A stretch of 64,000 nt of DNA. Origin: Saccostrea echinata. Its lineage: Eukaryota. The notes under the pieces are model-generated. The model ran no database searches. It was not told the origin of the DNA and saw nothing but the letters and a program-made list of their open reading frames with translations. The DNA lies in assembly GCF_033153115.1 (NCBI RefSeq), contig NW_026889751.1, forward strand, positions 21,824,001 through 21,888,000, in the 5' to 3' direction. Shown one piece after another: positions 57,651 through 64,000 of the stretch; position 1 is the first letter of the stretch; every line of letters starts with the position of its first letter. The position numbers and the translations under genes were made by a program.

Positions 57651-60102
57651 TGACATATACATGTACATGTTGCGAAAGCATTTAAGACCGATATATTATA
57701 AAAGCGTGACTAGGAAATTCTTTTATTTGAAAATTATCGAACATACTAGTTTCGGTGTTTGATTGTCAAACATTCTTGCTCTTTCTCGAACTTTTATCCT
57801 TATTTAAGAAAAGTGGAAAATCTATCATGCGGTGTATTAAAAAAGATATCATATGGTGTTTTAATAAAAAATATTAAAACTATTATCAAGTAAAATCAGA
57901 ACAGAAATGTAATAGAGCAGATGCAATACACCAGTGTTGTCAGTTTGCGTTCAGTGATGTGTGCGGAATTAGCAAATTGAACACACCCGATAAAATATAA
58001 ACATAAACAATAACAGAGCTCGTGTCCATATTTACAAACACATGTGTTTGATGAAAGATTATGAAGAATGCCGTTGTCATGGAAGTTCATCATGTAAGTT
58101 CAAATCATTAAACTGAAGTCATTTTCTGAATAAAGATAAAAATTTAAAATTGTAAACAAAACGTCAATATAAATACACGACGTCCACGCCCCCGTTAACA
58201 TGATTCTTTTGTCACCGTGTCATTTGAGTGCATTTAAACTGCGCCAGAGTGTTTCAAGAGATCTTGACCTTCTAAACGAATTAACTCAATTCGTAAGACA
58301 CAGGTAATTTTTTTTACAAGCTTGTTAACACTCTTAAAAAGAATTTTGTGACGTTCCCTTTCACCTCACACATGTATCATGTTGTAAAAATTTGAATTTA
58401 CCTCCACCCAGTGAATTCCAAATTTACAACATGATACTAATTCCTTTCAGATTTTGCATTTTGTCTTGTTTTCTTGAAGGAAAAGTCCATTATTTTTATA
58501 TCTAAAAAAGCTGAACACTGATTTTTTCTGACATTTTTATAATTCTTGTTCCTCTGACTTGTATACATTTTTTTTTTAAAATGTGGAAAATTAATAAGAT
58601 ATTATAATAATTTAAAATTAGATAAAGAACTGCCAGTGTCGTGAAAAGTTCCTTCCCTTCCCCCACCCGCCCCGACGAAAATCTGCAATATAACAAACAT
58701 TCCCACATTAGCGAAAAATATTTCTTAAGTTAAGGGGACACTACAAAATTGAAGCATAAGTTTATTGATTAGAAAACGGTATACATGTACATGTATTTGA
58801 TCAAGACGACCTTATCTACTAGAGAGAGAGAGAGAAGGAGGGAGGGAGAGAGAGAGTATTACAATTAGCAAATTTTTGTCAGGTAAAAATTTGCTAAATA
58901 GTTAAGGGGACTTGTATTATTACACCGAAACTCTGTGTCTTGTCTATAAGTGGAAAAAGAAACGCTTCTAGGTTTTTCTCTTTTACGTCTTTTATGGATG
59001 TGATTCTATTGTATTTCTAAAATGCTTCAGCTTAAAGTACGTTAATTGTTTCAGAAGTCGTTGTTTGAGATAGGGTACCGGCGATACCAGACAAAGTGCA
59101 GACAAAAGAGGGCATAAAATGCAAAAAGTCACGTCCCTGTCCATCAAAACTAAACGTTTTTCCAGGCCTCAAAGGAATATTTCATTCAGAATTTACAGTC
59201 AGAGGGTTGTCAAATGTCTATAAGCACCCAATACACAAAGCAGACACATTCTGTTTGAAGTTTCAGAAATGATGTATCCCGATATGTCCTCCTGTTCTTT
59301 TAATAGATATTTTCTGTTGATAAAACAATTCAGAATTTAAAAGTCTCTCTGTCAACGAGTGTGATGGGGGTAAATAAGACGTTACCACGCTTTTTAAAAT
59401 ACTTAGAAGTGGGATGAGGGCAGAATTACAGGTTCTACGTCCACCCCTCGGGGCTTGCAATTGAACAGGTAAGGGCAATGATAAGTTTATAAAAGTCGTA
59501 AAAATCATAAAAATAATTGTATTCTTTCTTTTCATTCATCGGTGATTGCAAAACTGAGATTTCTTTTCTTGTAACTTCAATTATTTATACAAAAGTCTGG
59601 AGTGTAATCCTAATTTGAAAAAAATTGAAATAGATATTTAATTAGGTTTTTTCAATAACTTTCTATATAAATTTCAACATTTGTCCGTGTAGTTTTCCGT
59701 TCTTTCAAATATAAAAGTTCTTTGACTATTCTTTAACATATAATGAAACAATTTCCATATCAATCATAAAATGTGAAACAGAATGCAAAAATTCCTTGTG
59801 ATGACAGGTAACTGACCGAAATATGGCGCATAAAGGCTATAACTGCCTTATTTAATTAAAGTAAAGAGGATATAAAAATTACTTGATATTGCAGACTAAC
59901 AGTTTTGAAAGAGAATCGAATGACCGAAGCTATGTCTATCAATAAAAATGCCGTTCGAAATACTTGATCTAAGTCGCCATTTTTTAGACAGAGAAAACGG
60001 AGAAACAAAGAAATGGTAGAATTCTGTAGACAAAGAATTGTAAGTAAATTCTTCTTTTTTTTTTAACCAAAATTACATATTAAGCTATGTTTTACTGAAT
60101 GT

Positions 60103-60186
60103 AATGAATGCATTTCTAATTTAGAAGGCAACATCAAAAGCGTTAATGAATGCATTTCTAATTTAGAAGGCAACATCAAAAGCGTT
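60103..60186. repeat. Perfect 42-bp tandem duplication
   Basis: AATGAATGCATTTCTAATTTAGAAGGCAACATCAAAAGCGTT occurs twice. Confidence 0.95.
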
Positions 60187-60282
60187 CTGGATTTGTGGGA
60201 AAATTCTTTCGATGATCGGTGAGTTCGAAATAACACAGGACCTATGTTTCAGGATCGTGTACATGCATCCAGTGTATTTTGG

Positions 60283-60283
<1 letters not shown>

Positions 60284-60353
<70 letters not shown>
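60284..60353. repeat. (AT)n microsatellite
   Basis: Perfect AT run. Confidence 0.95.
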
Positions 60354-60354
<1 letters not shown>

Positions 60355-62013
60355 CTAAATTGATTTAAATTAAAATGAAAAACTGCTGAAATAAGCAGTG
60401 GTAAAACATCGTACTTCTATGTACATTAAAAAAATTAAGGGGTGAAACTCGTCACTTCTGACAGACAAATAAATGTAGATGAACACACAATACACTATAC
60501 TTAACCATCCAGATACCAGTAAATATTACATCCAGTTCATATGAAATCTTATAACTCAAAACAAATCAAATGAAATTTCGTTCTTGTCCTATAGCATCTG
60601 TCTCTGCCCTCTGTGACGTAACAACACAGGAAATTTCTGCCGATACCAGCTGGCGATCCTTCACTTCCGTCGGATTCAACGGAGGGAGTGGATCCTACAT
60701 TAAGTAGGTGGATTCAATCTGAGAAAGGAAAAATCTTCAGAACACTCGTTAAATAGGATGTAAATGAGTCACTTTTTCCAGATGAATGATATTTTTTTTT
60801 TTTGCTATTTATTTGAACAAACCAGTACTTATGAATGTGTTCGAAAAAAAAGTGATCTATTTTTAGTAACATGGATTGTTGGTGGCGGATCGACTCGGGG
60901 GCGGATGACCTCCGTCTTTTGTTATTTCTAACGTTGGATACTGCGTGCCCTGGAGATAAAGTTTATATATACGATGGTGAGTAACTCGTCATTTCTAGGA
61001 AATTCCAAGTGAAAAGTATTAGAATTCCAAATTAAATATTCTAATTCGAATCAAGAGGAGTGTTAAGTTCAAAGAAATGACTTTTTACGACGTGAGCGTT
61101 TGAATTGATTGTTTATATACAGCCCACGCATTACTCTGTATATATGTATACACAGATTGATTCTCTATTCGATCGTTTCGTGACAGGAATTTTTCAGGAC
61201 ATTTCGATGTGCACACAATCTGTTTGTCTACTGCATGTTTAAGTACCTGTATAGCATTTCAAAGGAATACGAAAGGTACTTCACAACACTTTTTACACGC
61301 ACTGCTTTTCAGTTTCTGGAGGAAAAAAATCTTGTTTGCCATGTAATGTCATCTTGTTTTTAAAACAAGGTTCTCATTGACAATAGAATGTCGCCTGAAA
61401 ACAGATAATTAATTCCGTCAAGTTGAATCTTATCTATATTGATGACATGGTTTTTCACTTGTTTTGCAAGCTGGCTTTGTTAAGAGCTAGTGGTAAAAAA
61501 GAAATGTTCAACGCAATCACAAAGCATGATGGCATGCCAAAGGTCCAGGGGCCCGAGAGCTTTAATACAACTTAATCCGAAAACCTGTTGGTGATTATAA
61601 AACCTTAAAAAATAAATAAATTGATAAGAAATTGCCTGAATAAATATATCTTTCTAAATTCTTTTTAAAAAGATCAAAACCATTTTTATATTAATGTAAA
61701 AAAGGAACTTATTTACAAAATTACATTTTGGTCTTAGTCGTAAGTTCTTCTGTAAAACGGTGACCCTCCAGAATATAATCTGTGCAAACTAAGATAAAAA
61801 AAAAGAACATGTCTGCATATTATGAAAATATAACCACATTTTCGTTGTACAATAAATTTTAAACGGTAAAAATTTGATATAAAAATCGTTTAATTATAAT
61901 TCTGATATTAATTATCAGTAAAAAGGATTTATTTTTAATCTATCATCCTTTAGGATTTTTTGCTAAACTCCGCAAAATTTTTCCTCGAAAACATTGAAAA
62001 TAAATCATTTTAA

Positions 62014-62350
62014 GGACATACGCAACGTAGTTTGAACTTTATTGTCTTTCTCCCTGGAGTTGAAGAGTTTCAGTACTTAAAGGGACTGTGTGCTACATTT
62101 TAATGTCTATATATGGTGTTGTACACCTCTTCTAAAACAAGTTTGGATAAACAAAACATCTAGAATTTATGCTTAGTAATTTTTGTATATTTTTCTTTGA
62201 ATTATACTAGAATTTTCATCAATAGATGTCTTTTCAAAACCCCTGGTAATGCATGCTGATTTTTTGTCTATGAACATCTGATGGCACTATAATCTTAAAT
62301 TAAGAATATCTTAAAAAATTATCAGTAGGTAAGGTACATTGCGTATGTCC
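62014..62350. mobile_element. TTAA-flanked MITE (Kolobok-like)
   Basis: TIRs GGACATACGCAACGTA / TACATTGCGTATGTCC with TTAA on both sides (62010-62013, 62351-62354). Confidence 0.8.
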
Positions 62351-63524
62351 TTAAGGGATGATAGATTTAGAATAAATTTTAAAATATTATCTTTATCGAT
62401 AATTATAATATCTAATAACGATTTGAATCTCAAATTTTCGAGACTTCCGAGCTTTTCATTCTGAAATATCTGGTTTTATCGTGCACTATACCCTAACCAG
62501 AAGTTGACGTATCTTCTGTAAAGGCTAACAAAGTGTTGAGGTAATTTACGAGGTAGAAATTCGTGATTTACAAGAAAGAGACTCGATAAAGGATGACAGG
62601 AACGATTTCATTACAATAGAAAAAGTCTCTCGAAGCAAACTAAATAATGTTATAGACGTAGGTTATTGATATATTAATAAATAAAATATGAAGTGGGTGG
62701 GGTGGGGTGAGTCTGAAATTGAGTTCGGTACCTTGTGGAAAGAGAAAGGACCGGATGTCCTGTATACGAAACAAGTGTCTGTGCCAAAGATGTTTCGCGA
62801 AATTGAAATACATGTATTACAAACAATAAGTTGAAAAACATCTATACTTATAAAGTAATAAATTTTGCAAATAAACTCTGAAACACCTGCACTAAAGTTC
62901 ATACTTACTCCTCTAAGAATACACTAGGTATGAGGTGATGTCCATAAACTATACATAGATTTCACTCGCATGGTTTATTATCGTAAATTTAATTAAATGT
63001 CTACTTTCATTTTCGATAAACAGCCGTGAAATAGCAAAAAGGGGAGTGCGATAGTGGTTACGGTTGGCGGATCTAAGTTACTGGCAATTTTTTATGACAC
63101 TGACAACAAGCAAGTTATCGCTTATTTATTTCATAAAACGTCAACACTGAAATATTTAAATAAAACTTGATTTAAGTGATATAAAAGAAATAACTTATGA
63201 TAACAGATTAAAAATCAAAATATGCAAATCGTTTTCGTAATTCACCGATCTTAATCTTGACGAAAAATTCTAGAACATCATATGGCATCGAGCCCGATGT
63301 AAAAAAGAAAAAAAAGAGGCAATTATCACTACATGAATGTAAATAAAAAGCTTTGGTGTGAATGGGGCATGGAAATAATGATAAAGCAATCGATAACAAT
63401 ATAAGTTATGATTATAATTATGTATCGAAAAAACGATAAGTTGGATGTGCTCATAATTTTTTCAGTAAAATGACTGTGCATATTTGCCACTGAGATACGG
63501 AAACGTAACATAGTGACACGTAGT

Positions 63525-64000
63525 ATTTTTGTGTCGGCTGCACAGCAGAGCGGCACTAAGGGATCAATTTACCCGGCGTCTGTCTGTCTGTCCGTCTGTC
63601 ACACCCTATATCTCGAGAACTGTAAGAGGTATGGATTTGATATTTTGCGTATATTGCTTGGCACAATGGCTTTTGTAAATTACCATGTTTACCGACCTCG
63701 TTACTTCTGACCTTGACTTTTGATCTTCTTTTCAAAAAAGTTCATAGTGCCAATATACAGCATATTTTTGACATTTAAGAGGTAAGTCTATGCTATTAAG
63801 CATGTGCACTGTTAGTCATACAACAATATGAAAAAAAAAAAACCAGCCTTACAATTCACTTGACCTTTATCTTAAACCTACTTTGCAAAAGGTACCCTGG
63901 GCAGTTTGATTTAACTTATGATTTTTGAATTTTGAGAGGCAGTATTTTAATAATTAGCATTTATACATGTTTATGAGCTCATGAAACTCTACTTTGAAAC
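63525..64000 (+). mobile_element. Helentron-associated (HINE-like) element, partial
   Basis: T-rich start TTTTTGTGTC, a (GTCY)n microsatellite at ~63578-63600, then TGACCTTGAC-type units. Confidence 0.55.

Noticed and set aside
59266-60045. Possible plus-strand exons (AG...GTAAG-bounded segments at ~59267-59468 and ~59987-60039)
   Set aside because: No sustained open frame or recognisable protein. They could be UTR or lncRNA exons but cannot be supported without transcripts.

Overview
AT-rich, intron-containing eukaryotic DNA. The repeat families point to a bivalve mollusc, probably an oyster (inference). Most of the window is a head-to-tail, minus-strand array of six paralogous multi-exon genes (A partial, B-F) plus one decayed copy. 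They encode hillarin/KY-family proteins with an unusual layout: an N-terminal myristoylation motif (MGxxxS), a catalytically dead transglutaminase-like domain, KY-type Ig-like regions, helical repeats, and a C-terminal domain resembling the dynein stalk microtubule-binding domain (MTBD). This suggests a membrane-to-microtubule linker family. Immediately upstream is a 9-exon diaminopimelate decarboxylase (lysA-like) gene, unexpected in an animal. The array history is readable: a B+C block was duplicated to give pseudo-B+D, and pseudo-B was destroyed by a PIF/Harbinger insertion and several deletions. Many nested mobile elements are present (Harbinger, Kolobok-like, Tc1, hAT and TA MITEs, a Penelope-like RT, tRNA-SINEs, Helentron-like and Crypton-like remnants). 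A 4.7-kb TIR element contains a satellite built from its own terminal motif. All calls come from manual reading; no database searches were run.
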